Below, piece after piece: positions 35,401-48,793 of a stretch of 64,000 bases of DNA; the stretch's first letter is position 1, and the number at the start of each line of letters is the position of its first letter. The notes beneath the pieces were generated by a model that ran no database searches, was not told the DNA's origin, and worked only from the letters and a program-made list of their open reading frames with translations. The stretch lies in NCBI GenBank assembly GCA_000182565.2, contig KQ257458.1; one strand, 5' to 3'. This DNA comes from Spizellomyces punctatus DAOM BR117. Taxonomy: Eukaryota. The translations under genes were made by a program, and so were the position numbers.

Positions 35401-36211
35401 CTATACAGGTGCCACTTCCGAAGAAGCCAAAATGACTGCCTGCATTCTCTTTGCGCGAACAAAGTCGGCATTCGCACGCTAAACCAAAAGGAATATGTCA
35501 GTAACTGTTGACGTCAATGCTTTATCGACAATCACAACATACCAGAATAACAAAGAACCCAACAAACATCATCAAATACGCCACCCAATCATTCTCCACT
35601 TTTACTTCCTCGCGCTCTTTCTCAGTCTCATTTTCATACTGAATCATCTCATCTGTCGACCGAGTCTTGATATAAAATCCATACCGAATGAGGGTAATAC
35701 CAAATCCACAGCGAGACCCTGCCCTTGCGGCATGGGTAGTCGCTAGCATCGCCGTAAGGAGGAAACCAATGAAGTCAAATGACATGGATACGAGCATGTT
35801 GACGATGAAGGTAAAAAAGTCTCCTACGGGCAGACCTGCAAAACGAGTTGAGCGCTCATGAAAATTTGACATTGAATACGGAAAGGCCAACCTACCCTCA
35901 ATAAGCACTTCCCCGTCCTCAGCGAACCCACTAGATATCACAGTCGTCTCATAGTAAGAAGGTACAGGGTCATGCGCAACTTCCGCATACGAAGGTGGCT
36001 CGAGCTCTTGGTACGTCTTGCCTTCTGGTTTGGCAGACACCTCGGGCTTTGCGCTCAAGTTTGCAAATACCCCGTCGTTTCCTCTTATGAGAGGTGCATG
36101 GGCGCGGGTAGGAGGGGTTGAGGAGGAGGTGTCGGGTTCTTGTGGAGGCTGCTGGGGAGTGGCAGACGTACTTTCTTCCTCGGCTTCTGGGACTCGCTCG
36201 TAGTTGGGCAT
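35401..36211 (-). CDS. BSD2: Bsd2/NDFIP-like Nedd4-family adaptor, spliced
   Basis: NDGVFANLSAKP, PPSY, VPSYYETT and GLPVG..F..NMLVSMSFDFIGFLLT.ML..THAA.AGS..G.GITLI.YG. Confidence 0.85.
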
Positions 36212-38268
36212 TTTTCCCGTTGAACAAATCTATCGCACTCTTTAACCCTAATAAAACTTGAACAGAGACCGAATAACAGACCAAGCGAGAAGTAGAAACG
36301 AGATGGTAGTAAAAAAGAGATTGTAGCCACTAGTTATTTTGAAACCTAAAAATAGCCCTGCAAAGGTTGACAAATAGCTACAAGTCCAACTGAGACGGCG
36401 TCCCCGAAGAATCCACTACAGCCACTGCACTCGATTGTACAAGTGCATTCGAGTGCGCTCATACGTAAGCAGAGCGGATGACTGTGTCTCATGGGAAATT
36501 GCTATAACGTTCATGCAGGGAACAATATATTGATGATAATGTTCAGTAGATCGTGAAAGATGCAACTAGTCCTGATAGGGAAAATGACAAAAATGGACAA
36601 AACGCATAGCCAAGTGTCCCGAAACAGAAAACGTCTCGCAGTCTCAAAAAACTGGGGCATTAATCACGGAAATCAATCTATCACAGGTCTCTTCAGAGTA
36701 CGCAGCATTCACTAGTTTGGTCATATTTCTGATGATGCATCCACTTATATTCGTAAGAAAACATACACAGCTTAACATTTTATTATAATATCTAGATTAA
36801 GGCTTTAGGGTCCAAGAGTGTCACCGGCGGGAGAGGGGGGAATTCGGTCTCGCAGGAAATGAACGCCGAGGAAAATCGTTCAGACGATGACGGAAAAAGA
36901 CGCCACGAAGAGCCCAAAAAAGGGGGTAGAAGGGATTCAAAACGTAAAAAAAAGCCGCGGTTCTCGCAGAAAACAAACGCCGAGGAAAAAGGTGAAACCG
37001 ATGGCGTAGGAGGGCAGCATGAACATACAAGGAAAAAGAGGACAAAAAGGTGGTCGTATACGTCCAAAAGTAATGTCGATGTTGATGCACCCGATTTGAC
37101 ACTGGACGTTGCTGCCTTTTCATTGCGGAACGTCAAATTCATGACCCCGTGGACATTTCGCCCAGGTACTCAACTGGAATCGTAAAGGGACAGGGCTGCC
37201 TACTCTGCTTAAGCCGACCGAAGTCAGGAACCCGCAGGTTTGGGACCTGTCACGCAGGTCCGATAACCATAATTGGTGCAGACTCTTTCTCAAAACCAAT
37301 TCAAATGGAAAAAAAGAGCGGCTGGGGCCGATGGTACACGATTCGGGGCTAACCAAATGCCCAACCCGTCAGGGTGCAGCGTGACTCTGGGAACCACCCT
37401 TTCCAAACAGCAACATCGCATGATTTGGGAACCCCGAAAACTCACCTTACTGTGTCTTTGCTTGACGCGGTGGAGAGCGGATGCGCGAGCCAGATGTTGG
37501 TACAGCAAGTGCCAAGTCAGGTTAAACTGCGGACGACGGAGGTGGTGAAGAATGGTGTTGCGGGAAAGTCCATCCGTGGGAAATTTGGTGATGAGTAGGG
37601 TTGGTGGGAACGCGCGTTGAACGCGGTTAGAAGATTGCAATATAGCTGTCCCAATTAGGCTAGATTACAAGCACGTGAGTAACTAACCCTTTCTATGACT
37701 GTGCCGAGTCTTCCTGGCGCTGCACTCGAGTGCACAAGTGCATTCTACTGGGCTAATACGTAAGCGGAGCAGGTAACTTGTGGGCTTTTGCTTGCGGAGT
37801 CGAGGGGATCTGCCGTATTGGCCGTCCTATTTACGCTCTTAACAATATGGATTTTTGGATTGCATTAAGAATATTTGGGGCATTACCCTTAATGAAATTA
37901 CAAGAACCTAACAGCAATTCCCGTATTGATGTCAGCAGAATGGACATGATACGCTATCCGCGGCTGACACAACCAGATGTTGCTGCAAAGAATAGATAAA
38001 AGGTCCACCGTTCCCCATTTGACACCCCATGCGGCTTTGAGAACGGGGGGCTTGACGTTCCCGCTTCAGAGACCGGTGTCATCCGTGTAAATGTCGTCAC
38101 TCTCCCACATGTATGCAAGTGCACGTCATCAGCAGCTGGATCGTCTTAAAGCTTGTCCAGTCTCTTCTGCTTTCGTTACTTTCCAGACCAGTTATCTCCA
38201 CCGTATCAACAGAGAATCCATTTCACTTTGAGTTATAAAATCTAATTGTTACTCTACGCATCAGAGTC

Positions 38269-39987
38269 ATGACAAGCAGAGGCCAGGTAAGGAATGGATT
38301 AATCGTTCACGAGGCACAGACTGTGAGTTAACCAAAAATCTGCCCATATTCTCATTCCCATGCCCCTCCACATTAGAAGGTGCCACCTACCAAAACCAAA
38401 GCCCATGTCGGGAGTGCAGAGCAAGCTGGTCCAGCTGGTACCCTCGCTGGAGCGGTTGTCGAAGAGTATGCTACTCAAGCGACCAAGTTAGGCCCCGCGA
38501 CCATGGGAACTACCACAGCTGCATATGAGCCGGTTGCGACTACCCCGGTTGTAGGGCAAGGTGTGGGTGGTATGGCGGGAAAGCAGCCTGCAGGCGGCAT
38601 GCATACGGAGACTGTCATCGCACCAGCAGCCCACGGTGCCCCAGATGTACCTCATGTTCATACCGGTGCAAGAAAAGCGCAAGGTCCTACCGGAACGACC
38701 AGGAGCGCTGGTCAGAAGACCGCGGATACGACCAAGCACGCCGTTCATACCGGGTCGGAATTGGCAGGTAAAGCAACACAAGGAACCACGGAAACTGTGA
38801 AAACCGCTGGCCAGCAGGCTAGAGATACGACGAAAGGTGCCGTTCAAGCAGGATCGGAGATGAGTGCAAAGACAGCAAAAGCGGCCACCGATACTGCCAA
38901 GAATGCCGGACAGCAAGCAAAGGATACCACTAAAAATGTCGCTCAAACTACTGCCAATGTCGCCAGCGAAACAGCGCAACTCGCAGCCAATACTGAGAAA
39001 CAAACCGTAGAGGCTACTAAAAGTGCCGCTCAAGCCGGTACCGAATTGGCTGGAAAGACAGCACGCGCTGCGACCGATTCTGCCCTCAACGTCGGTCAGA
39101 AGGCGATTGATACCACCAAGGGCGCAGCTACTACTACAGCAGACGTTGTCAGTGGAACTGCGAAGGCTGCAACCGATACGGCCGTGAACCTCGGGCAAAA
39201 GGCCGTTGACACCACCAAAGAAGCCGGTGCAAAGACAATGGATGTGACCTCCGGGGCTGTTCAAGCAGCGGCCGACATCGCTGGACGGACCACCGAAGCT
39301 GTGACGGACACCGCCAAGGGTGCTGCTCAAACTGCCTCCGAAGCTGCAAGCAAAGCAACCGGTGCCACAGTCAGTGCTGCACAATCGACGGCTGAAGCTG
39401 CATCTGACGTTGCCGGCAAAGCTGCTGGAGCTACAGTGGAAACCGCACGTCAGGCCACGACTGCCGCTCAGGAAGCCGCCGCTGCCACCGCCGAGACCGC
39501 CGGGAAAGCTGTCCAGAGCACCAGCGAAACCGTTGGCTCCGCCTATACCCACGGTAAAGAACGTGCCGCCGAAGAAGTCCATACCGTCCTAGAAACGACT
39601 AAAGGCATTGTCGGAGGAACCATTAAGACTGTGGAGCACGCCGCTGAGGCCGTTGTAAGCACCGCTGCTGCTGCTGCCGGTGCCGCCGCAGGTGCAGCCA
39701 AAGGTGTCGCTCAGAAAACAGCCGGAGCGGCGATGGGCGTTGTTGGTGGGACCGTGGAAATGGCGAAATCAGTTGTCGGAATGGGTGCGGCCTCTACCGA
39801 AGCCGTTGCCGAGGCGGTTAGTGAAGAGAAACAGGAAATAGTTGGCGATGCTAAGGCGCTGAAGGAGGGACTCAAAGCTCCCGAGGCTGAAACGACGCAC
39901 AAAAAGATTGTACAGCATGTTGCAGATGAGCATGGGAATGTGAGGGAAGTTGTGGTTACCGGTGGTGGAGCTGAAAAGGAGGAATGA
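38269..39987 (+). CDS. Ala/Thr-rich 11-mer repeat protein (group 3 LEA-like)
   Basis: Short first exon 38269-38286; repeats such as TAKAATDTAKN and AGQQAKDTTKN. Confidence 0.75.
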
Positions 39988-40282
39988 ACAGAAGCTCATC
40001 TTGCGTTGCGCCTGTTACACATTGGAAGGCAATGTGATTTAGTGTAGTTGATAGTATCCGTGCTTTCATTCTGGCGTATATCAGTGGCATATTCCGCTTT
40101 TGCATAATTTTCATGTACATGGGGTCTTTCGTAAATATTGAAATATGATTTCTCTTAAAAAGATGTAAATCCCGAAGATGACCCAACCCAAGGGCGCGCG
40201 ACGCGGGCCTAAGCGGACGCATAAGCATTGACGTGTGTGGTAAAACACGATATTAGGAACGTGCTTTCCTCCCTACTTCTTC

Positions 40283-41375
40283 TTGTACCTGCAAGAGAAG
40301 ATCAACCAACTCATGCTCGCTTCCCCATCCTTCCACCGCAGCACCTCTGCATCCTCGTCCTCATCCTCAGATCTTCCTCTCAACACAACCCTGCTCGATC
40401 CAGCAGACAACGTTTATCTCGACAGCAGCGGCCAACTATGGCGCAAATCTCCAACCGGTCCAGCTGATCTTCTGTCCCCCTCCGAAGCGGAAACAGTCCG
40501 CAACGCACTGCGAAAGAAAATGCTAGGAAATATTCTTCGCGACGTTGAGCGATATGACTTGTTGATTGGACCTGGATTTCCTGGTGCTGGACCAGCTCTA
40601 GCCGTAGAACCAGACCAATCTTTGTCTATGACTCCATTCCAATCTCACCCGCTCGAATCCCCACAACCATCCCCAACAGACTTGACCCCCGATTACCTAG
40701 ATCATCTCCTAACCCTTACGCCCTCCCAACTAATGCACGAATTCCGCCATGTACCATCCATCGGCACTCTCTTGGAGCGCGTTCTGCCGTCCCGTCCAAC
40801 GGCATTTGTCGTGAAGAACGTTGTATCGTTGGCAGTTAAGGGGCTACCACGCTTCATGAGACGTTGGGTTCCGAAACTGAATAAGGATGACACAGAGGAG
40901 GCTATTTTGAGAAGACGATTGATGGAGCTGCGAAATTTGATTTTGAGAAATGGGGTTGGGGGGAAGGAAGATAGATATTCAATGTGAGTGAGCCGACTTT
41001 GTACTCGTAACGTTGATCATATCCGTTTTCTAACATTGCGTATTCACCAGACCAGAAAACCCATCCCTCGCACCTCCACCCCCTCCTCCGCCTCCACCAC
41101 CCCCACCACCGCCGCAAACACCGTCATGTAAACCACCTCGCCCACCAAGCACCCCACCATCCTCCAAAAAGTCACCCAGTTACCCAACTCTTACCCACGA
41201 GCTCCAATCACATCCCCCGGCCCTCCGAACTATCCCCGGCCTTCAACGTACTCCTGGGGGCACGCCTCTTCGCCGCATGTCGCCAACCAAACACCAAATT
41301 ATTACCGTAGAAGATGTACTTCATGCGGCTTTGAGAAAGAAGTTTGGGAATATTCGAGAGGATGACGATTGGTGA
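40283..41375 (+). CDS. Proline-rich protein with a PRR11/MTFR-like C-terminus; start uncertain
   Basis: Last exon has a poly-Pro run, then LQRTPGGTP...VLHAALRKKFGNIREDDDW*. Confidence 0.6.
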
Positions 41376-41768
41376 TTTTTTTTTTTTTTTTTTGGTGTAT
41401 CATATTATCAAAAGAGAAATTGTCAAAAGATGTACAATCTCTTTCAAAGAGCGGCATGAATGGAGAAACCGAAAAAGGCTGCTATGAATTACTTCGAAGG
41501 TGGTTATGGTGTCATATTGCTAGGCTCTGAATGGGATTTATGTTTTCATGCAGAATGGAGCACCGATCAGACTAGCAAAAGATAGTGTGTACAGGACATG
41601 ATGTTAACCATGAATTCACCAGTAAGGACAAGAAGAATTGCAAAGAGGAAGAGGATCCAGAATTGTTCTATTTACATCAGTGAAATCTATACAAGTGCTA
41701 TGCAATTGACGCTACCTACCCTATCTAACTGTGCAAAATACCAGCCCACGCACACGACCACGGCCACA

Positions 41769-44355
41769 CTAACCACCTCCCAAAATGCTTTCCAGAATAT
41801 CTGCAATTTTCTTCTCCAACTCCCGTTCCGCAGCCCTGCAAACTGCCTTTCTAATTAGTGGCGCCAAGAGTCTTCCCATGGGACCATGTAAAGTGAGTTC
41901 AGCGTGTGAAGGAGGAATCGTTGCTTTGATTTTCATGGCAGCCGTGTGGGTGGCCGTTGGTGGTGCATAACGGATGTATAGGGATAAACCTGGGCCACCA
42001 ACCTGAAGTAACATTTATGATTAAAATGAGAAATGAAAGCTCAGTTGACGATGAATGCATAACGTACCACCCCATCGACACTGCCAGACCATGTCCAAGG
42101 CAGAATACGAGTCAAGAAACTTCCAGACGATGGATATCCCTCAGCACCTTTCTTGGCGGGAACAGAGGCAACAACGCATCTGACTCCCTCAAATTTGACC
42201 TGCGTCCCCTTCACCAACGCATCTATTTCCGGCCTCGCGTTGTGATGGCCATCGCTGCCTAACCCAGTGGTACTTTGCTCCACTTGTCCCCATCGAACAC
42301 CGACCCGCACATCAGCCGGGCAAAGGTTAGCTGTGGCGACTATAATGGGATCCAAAACAGTGACTTCGATTCCCCTGGCTGTGAAGGTAAAGGGTGGCAC
42401 TGGAATGTACTTGTATCGCATTAACAGGCTCGGAAGGACGGCATTTTTAAAGTCTTTATGAAGGGCAGTGAGGTGACGATGCCGGGATGATAGTGACCTG
42501 AAGATGGTTGAGACGGCGAAGACGAGTTAAAAGGTACTCTGATGCATGCTCACCCCTTTCCAAAGACGGCGGACCATAACCGATCCGTCCAAAGAGCGAC
42601 TTCCTTTCTGTACTCATCCTTCCTAAATCCCATCACAATCTTATGCAATTCACAAGCGAACTCTTTCCCGTCGGGGTCATTCAACACTTGGCGTACAGCT
42701 TTAACAATGGATTGTGTATCAGGCACAGATTCATTACTTGCTGGTGTATAAGGATCCGTTCCAGGGGAGACTGTGGAGTCAGCTTCCACAAAAGCGCGGA
42801 GGGTGGTCACGAGAGCTGGGAAGGCTGGAGACTTTCGGAGACGAGAGAAAATGTCAAGCAGCGGGGAAAGCGGCGTGTTCGTGATGCGCTCCATGAGAAT
42901 CTGAATTAACGATTAGACCTGTCCAGAACGTTTGCGTCATGCAACCAAACACATACTTTGACATTCTCTCCAGTGACTTTGAACTTCCTTTCCATCTCAG
43001 CGCTCTTAATCTTTTGCAATTGGCTCTTCCGTCTGCTCACATATCTTTCCCCAAACTGTATCAACCCTGCAATCGCCTGACGATACTTGTCATGGTACCG
43101 TAACTCAGAAACGACTTCTTGGAGTTTAGCATCCAGCTCCGACTCGTCTGCATCCCATTTTGAGCGCAACACCTTTGCGGTAAAGGTAAGGAAGGATCGA
43201 TGGGAACGATGTGATCGAGTGGATCCTGGAGTTGATACTGGAGGTATGTTTGGAACGGGGGGCGCATACTCTGCAGCCGATGCGATGGCAGCATGTGATG
43301 AGCTTTGGGACGTGCGGTGGAAAGTTGGCGTTGATAGTTGAAGAGGTCGGTTGTAATGAATTGCAGAGCTAACTACAGAGTCGACTAATGGATTCCGCTT
43401 CAAAACATTCTCAATGGGTTCGCCACTGATCTCTCCAACCAGATTCGTTGGCGCCTCGAAAAACTCATCTTCGTCCGACACTGGGGAAGGTAGTTCGTAG
43501 CGGCGTGCTGGACTATGATGATCAGCAACTATTCCTTCATCCGACACTGTCACACTGGAAATATCGTCCTTCCTGTCGTTCATCTCGTCGGCGCCCTTCT
43601 GAATGATCTCGGTAACGCAGGCGTGAAGAACCTCGGAAAGGTCCAACAGAAGCAAACGGAAATGTCCACTTGTAAGCAACAGTGCGAATATAGTACGTAC
43701 ATGTTGAAGAGCTACAAAGATAGGTGAGCGATCAAAGAGCAAGCCACGGATTATTCAATCACCTACCTTCTCTTCCAGGGTGCTCCTCCTTTACTACCGA
43801 ATTTCGTCGTAGTTCTCGGCTTCGCCTAGATATCAAGCGCCTTCTGTTGTCCCACATCTGTCTTAACCTTTTTCTTTTGGATAACGAGCCGGCAGAAAAC
43901 AAGCTCTCAGGCCGGTCATGCCCCGGGCGCGCAGAGCTCCTAGTATCAACGCTGCACCGCAACGTTTCAGATTCCACCACTGCAATTGTCTCGTTCAATA
44001 AGTCCTTTCCCAGCTCCTTTATCATCTCCAAACACGTCCTCAATAAATCATCTCTAGTCTTTTCTGCAAAATACTTGCGTAAAGCGACCAACAGGCCCCT
44101 ACACTGGACTACAACTCGCTTCCCACCAGGGCTCACAGTCTCTGGGATGTCAGTCAACGTCGAGTGGAAGCGTGCTAAGAGGCCATCCACTTCTACATAC
44201 GGAGGTAACGTTCGCCCTCGGTACATTTGAAGGAGGGTTTCGAGAGGGCCCCATGCTTGCGCTGCAATGGCAACACCCTGCTCATGAGGTGGGAGCGATG
44301 TTTCCCGGACAGCGTAGCGAGCCCTTCTCCTGGAGGACTTTTTGAGGAGGTGCAT
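41769..44355 (-). CDS. Hypothetical multi-exon protein (helical N-terminal part, beta-rich C-terminal part)
   Basis: Chain of minus-strand ORFs (43759..44355, 42906..43742, 42550..42894 and downstream) with GT-AG gaps. Confidence 0.55.
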
Positions 44356-45055
44356 GTGCCAGCGTGTCCGCCGTCTTCACTAGTATAAAACGTATACAAA
44401 TTGCATAGAAGGTAACTTATTGACAAGACTGGCCTTGCCTTTCAAAATTCCGACGTTCCTGCCCAGCCACATATTACGTTTCATATCACGTGACATGCGA
44501 TATTCGATATTCCAAAAATAAATACCCCGCAAAGTTTTAGGGCAGTCAACAATCCAGTTACGAAAACGAGATTCAGGAATACATGGCATCAACGCAATTG
44601 GGGTGTGCTCTGAACTGATACAATTTCACCCAATTTCTATGAATGTAGCATTCTTTCTTGACATGATCGTTGAAGCCGAATATGTCATATTGATCAGACA
44701 ACATTGTCCTGCCATCCGTTTGTTGCGTCAAAATTCCATAGCATTAGCTCATGTACGTTATCAAAGTAATGCAATCTTTTGCATGACGGTTGTAACTTCG
44801 GAACCAGTTGACCCGGAATATCGGCATCCACCCATTCGGAACGTTTGGTTTCAGTTGGAACCATGGTAAACACCTGTTTTAACATCAAAAGCGCGGCGTT
44901 TCTAATGCCGGGGAGCGACGGTGAGACAAACATTTCGATCGGCTGAAATTTCGATTTCAAATCCTTCATGACGATGAATGCTTTAAAAGGTCGTCGATTC
45001 TCGTTGCCCTTCCCTCCTACCCATGCATCGTATCTTCCATTCACAAAAGTTCAAA

Positions 45056-46506
45056 ATGTCACTTTTATTCTCTCCCATCCAAGTCGGCGATATGCAGCTG
45101 AAGCACCGTGTCGTCATGGGGCCGATGACGAGGTCCAGATCGCCTGGAGTATGTATTTCCGTTTAGATCTTCTTACTTTTCGTTGACAATCTCCTAACAT
45201 GAAACTCTTTAAAGGAAGTTGCCAATGACTTGAATGCAGAGTACTACGCACAGGTTGGTTTGTCTGCAAAGCAAGCAAAATTGAATATATGCGTTCTCAT
45301 ACATGGGAATGACACTCCAGCGGGCCACTGACGGCGGGCTCATCATTAGCGAAGGAACCAGCTGCTCTGTTACGGCAAAAGGATGTATGTTCTGATTCAA
45401 GACTTTTGCTTGTGAACGCTGGTCACGTGCTTATGCCCTTTGCAGATGAACATGTCCCTGCTTGTCTTACGGAAGAACAAGCCAAGGGATGGAAGAAATC
45501 CACGGATGCCGTTCATGCAAAGGGTGGATACATTTACGCGCAACTCTGGTAGGTTCCTGCAAGTCCCATACGATGGTATCGATCAACGACAACTCATTCT
45601 GTACATTAGGCACGTTGGGAGGGCATCCACAGCGAAACTGCAACCAGACAACAAACCTCCTGTCTCAGCGTCTGATCTCCCCACAAAGGGAAAGGACAAG
45701 CCCCGCTCATTGACGGTTGAGGAAATCAAGTTCATTGTCTCTGAATATAAGCTCAGCACTCGCCGTGCCCGTGAGGCCAACTTTGACGGTATTGAGATTC
45801 ACGCTGCCCATGGCTACTTGATCGATCAGTTCCTCCAAACTTCATCCAACAAGCGTACCGATCAATACGGCGGATCCATTGAAAATCGGGCGCGGTTCCT
45901 TTTTGAAGTCCTTGAAGCTTGCTTGTCTGAGCTCCCTGCATCAAAGGTTGCTATCCGGTTGTCACCCTACATGAATGGACAGGACGTGAGCGACGAGAAC
46001 CCGAAGGCGCTTTTTACATACGTTATCTCCCGATTGGCCAAATACAAGTTGTCATGTAAGAGCACTGGAGCATCTCTGTTGTTGTAAAAGAAGCAAGCCT
46101 AATCATTACCATATCTATAGACGTCCAACTTACAGAACCCGTGTGGGGAGCATGGAAACCTGGTCCTCCCCACTCCCAATCCAAACTCAACGAATTCGCT
46201 GGTCTCCTTCAATCCCCCACCAAGCTCATCCTTACCGGCGGTTACACACTTGAGACCGCTGAACAGGCCCTTCAAGAAGGTCGAGGGGATTTGATCGGTT
46301 TCGCCCGTCCCTTCATTACCAATCCCGATTTCGTGGACCGATTGCGCAATGCTTATGAATTGACTCCTTACCAGGATTTTAAAAAGTACTATGGTGGCGG
46401 TGCGGAGCAGTACACCGATTGGGAGGACTATGTGACTTTGGAGGCCAAGAGGAAGAAGGAAAAGAGTGGGCAGGAGCAGGCTGGTGCTGGTGCATCGCAT
46501 CTATAG
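45056..46506 (+). CDS. Old Yellow Enzyme family NADH:flavin oxidoreductase, multi-exon
   Basis: LKHRVVMGPMTRSR, GLIISEG, FDGIEIHAAHGYLIDQFL..SN.RTDQYGGSIENR.RF and FARPFITNPD. Confidence 0.95.
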
Positions 46507-47477
46507 GCGATCGTAGAGCTACTTAGAGAAATCTGATGATATGTTTCCAATGATATTTTTTATATATTTGAAACCTGCACACAGCATAATATTTTACGAA
46601 GTAGTTCAATCCACAGTCAACCACGATGCTTTGGTTAGAATCCACATGGGCTAAATCTAGTAGGCTCGCTCATACCAAACACAATTCCAATCGCGGATTA
46701 CTAGCTTCTGTTGTTTGGACTTGGGTTGGGGGTCCTGCTCAATAATAACTTGAGAAGGAATGAAAAACCTGCCAAAAGATGTATTGAATCGGGGCTGCAT
46801 GGCCAACCAAATGCAGTACAAGTTAGATTTCATGGCATTTAAGAACACTCTATCCATCCACGTGAAGGTAGTGCATTACTCAATTAGGCGTCCAAAGAAG
46901 CGACATCGAGGAGATCCGTGGAGGTCATCGAAAAAGTGATGCAGCTTATCAATCGATTGATGAACAGAGGGACTGATCGCAATTATCATTGTTAGCCGCG
47001 ATCATTCGAGGAAAGCTGTGGAGCACGAAAAATCCGGCGTGTCATAACTCTTACCCACGTATAGTCTTCATCTAATGCCTAATGCATTGTTTCTGCATCA
47101 CATGCGGGATTGGATTCTGTTTAATCGGACTATGGTGAAGCAAACCATCTAAAGAAACGGGAGATTTATTCACGAAATCCACATAAATTCTAATCCTGCT
47201 TGTTTGCAAAAGGGATCGTGAGGGAGCCGAACAGATGGCCAAAATAAGTGATAGAACGCCAAAACGGGTCTCGATGCTGTTAATGACAGCAACGCATGTC
47301 ATGACATGGCAAACGTCACAAGTGGACCCCAATGACTGGAAGCTTCACTGAAGACATCGTACAAAGAAGAGTAGCTTCGCGAAGGTAATTGTGTTTCTTC
47401 CAATCCTGATGAATTTCTCATTGTACAGAACGGTACAATCCTTTCTAACACACCCAGAGCATTATTGTCCCCTATAC

Positions 47478-48218
47478 ATGAACGGTCAGACCAACGAAGC
47501 AGAAAAAAAGCCGCAAGACATGAAAGCAACTTCACCTGTACCGACTCAATTGGTTCGCATTCGACCGTATTCCACCGCCGTTCGAGTTCCTAGAAAGAAT
47601 CTTGAGCGTAGCGGTTACTTTCGAGCGCATGCGGATTTTGCTCAACAAGCCGACGGAGAGCAGCCCCCCATTAAAGACATTGAAGTTAAACCGCCGGATT
47701 CACTAAGAGTCCTTGATTGCCTTGCGTACCTCTCCGGCCACAAACTTCCAGCTTATTGCTTTGAAGGAAGTAACTGGATGAGCATGCTGAGGAATGCTGA
47801 CTATCTGCAAATTGATGAGCTTTTGACCATGTGTTATCAGAGGTATGACTGGAGACTGCGAGCTCCAAGCAGCTTACATTGAATTAAAACAACAGATTAC
47901 AGCTTCTGGAACGAATGGAAGACAACAATCAAAAACCCTAGTTTCAAACACACTACGATTCCTATTATCCATATTGAGAAAATTCTGGATATCAAAACTA
48001 ATCCGTCCTCTATCGAGAAGGCAGAGGTAATGCTCGAATGGGCCAACGCGCCCAACTTTCGTGACCAGGAGCCTATATACAAGCTTGTTCGAAATCACTG
48101 TACCGATGCGACATGGACTCGAATGGGTGTGCGCACTCTTGCTCAACGCTTCAAGGATACGCTTACTCAAATTGTACCAGCGGATACATGGTTGCAAATG
48201 GTGCTGAAGAGAGAATAA
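47478..48218 (+). CDS. Hypothetical BTB/POZ-like protein, spliced; 3' end uncertain
   Basis: VRVPRKNLERSGYFRA...LAYL...MLRNADYLQIDELLTMC pattern. Confidence 0.5.
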
Positions 48219-48793
48219 TACTTAGGAGTATAGGAAGTCCGTGTTCTCCCTCATACCATCGAAACTACCGCAAGCTAACATCTTGAATCCTCTACTCAGG
48301 ATCAATTGTGTTCGCGAAACATATTGCTTGTTGGATGAGAGATTGGGATGAGAGGATATGGTGACATGAGCCCGATTAACTGGTTATGGAGCACTTGAGC
48401 GATGGAAATGGAAATGGAGACATATGCTTTTTGCAGGAACGATATAACATTGCGGCTGATTACATGATGGAGTTGTAAAGCAAATAGCATCTTCCAATAG
48501 CAAGATTGAATGTAATGTAAACAAAAGATAATCTCATGCTAGCCGCTGACCCCCACGGCCTTTCAAGGATTGTTTATGCCCATTTACTGCGGGTCGCAAC
48601 AAACGCCAGCGACGGATTGAGGCGTGGCCGCGTGGGGGCGTGACGTGAGCACTGCCGCCAGCGATCATTGCTATAGCAACAGTCCATCTGTATCGCGGAT
48701 TGCTCAGCCACGAGGAAAGGAAGTGAATGGTTATTTATTCAAGGGTAGGTAGTCCACCTCCTCCTTCACGGGCTGTCCTGCGATAACTTCAAA

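Noticed and set aside
36710-36790. TTTGGTCATATTT resembling the 5' part of fungal U6 snRNA
   Set aside because: No ACAGAGA box or downstream U6 sequence follows.
38488-39582. 364-aa antisense ORF
   Set aside because: Antisense shadow of the biased Ala/Thr repeat gene.
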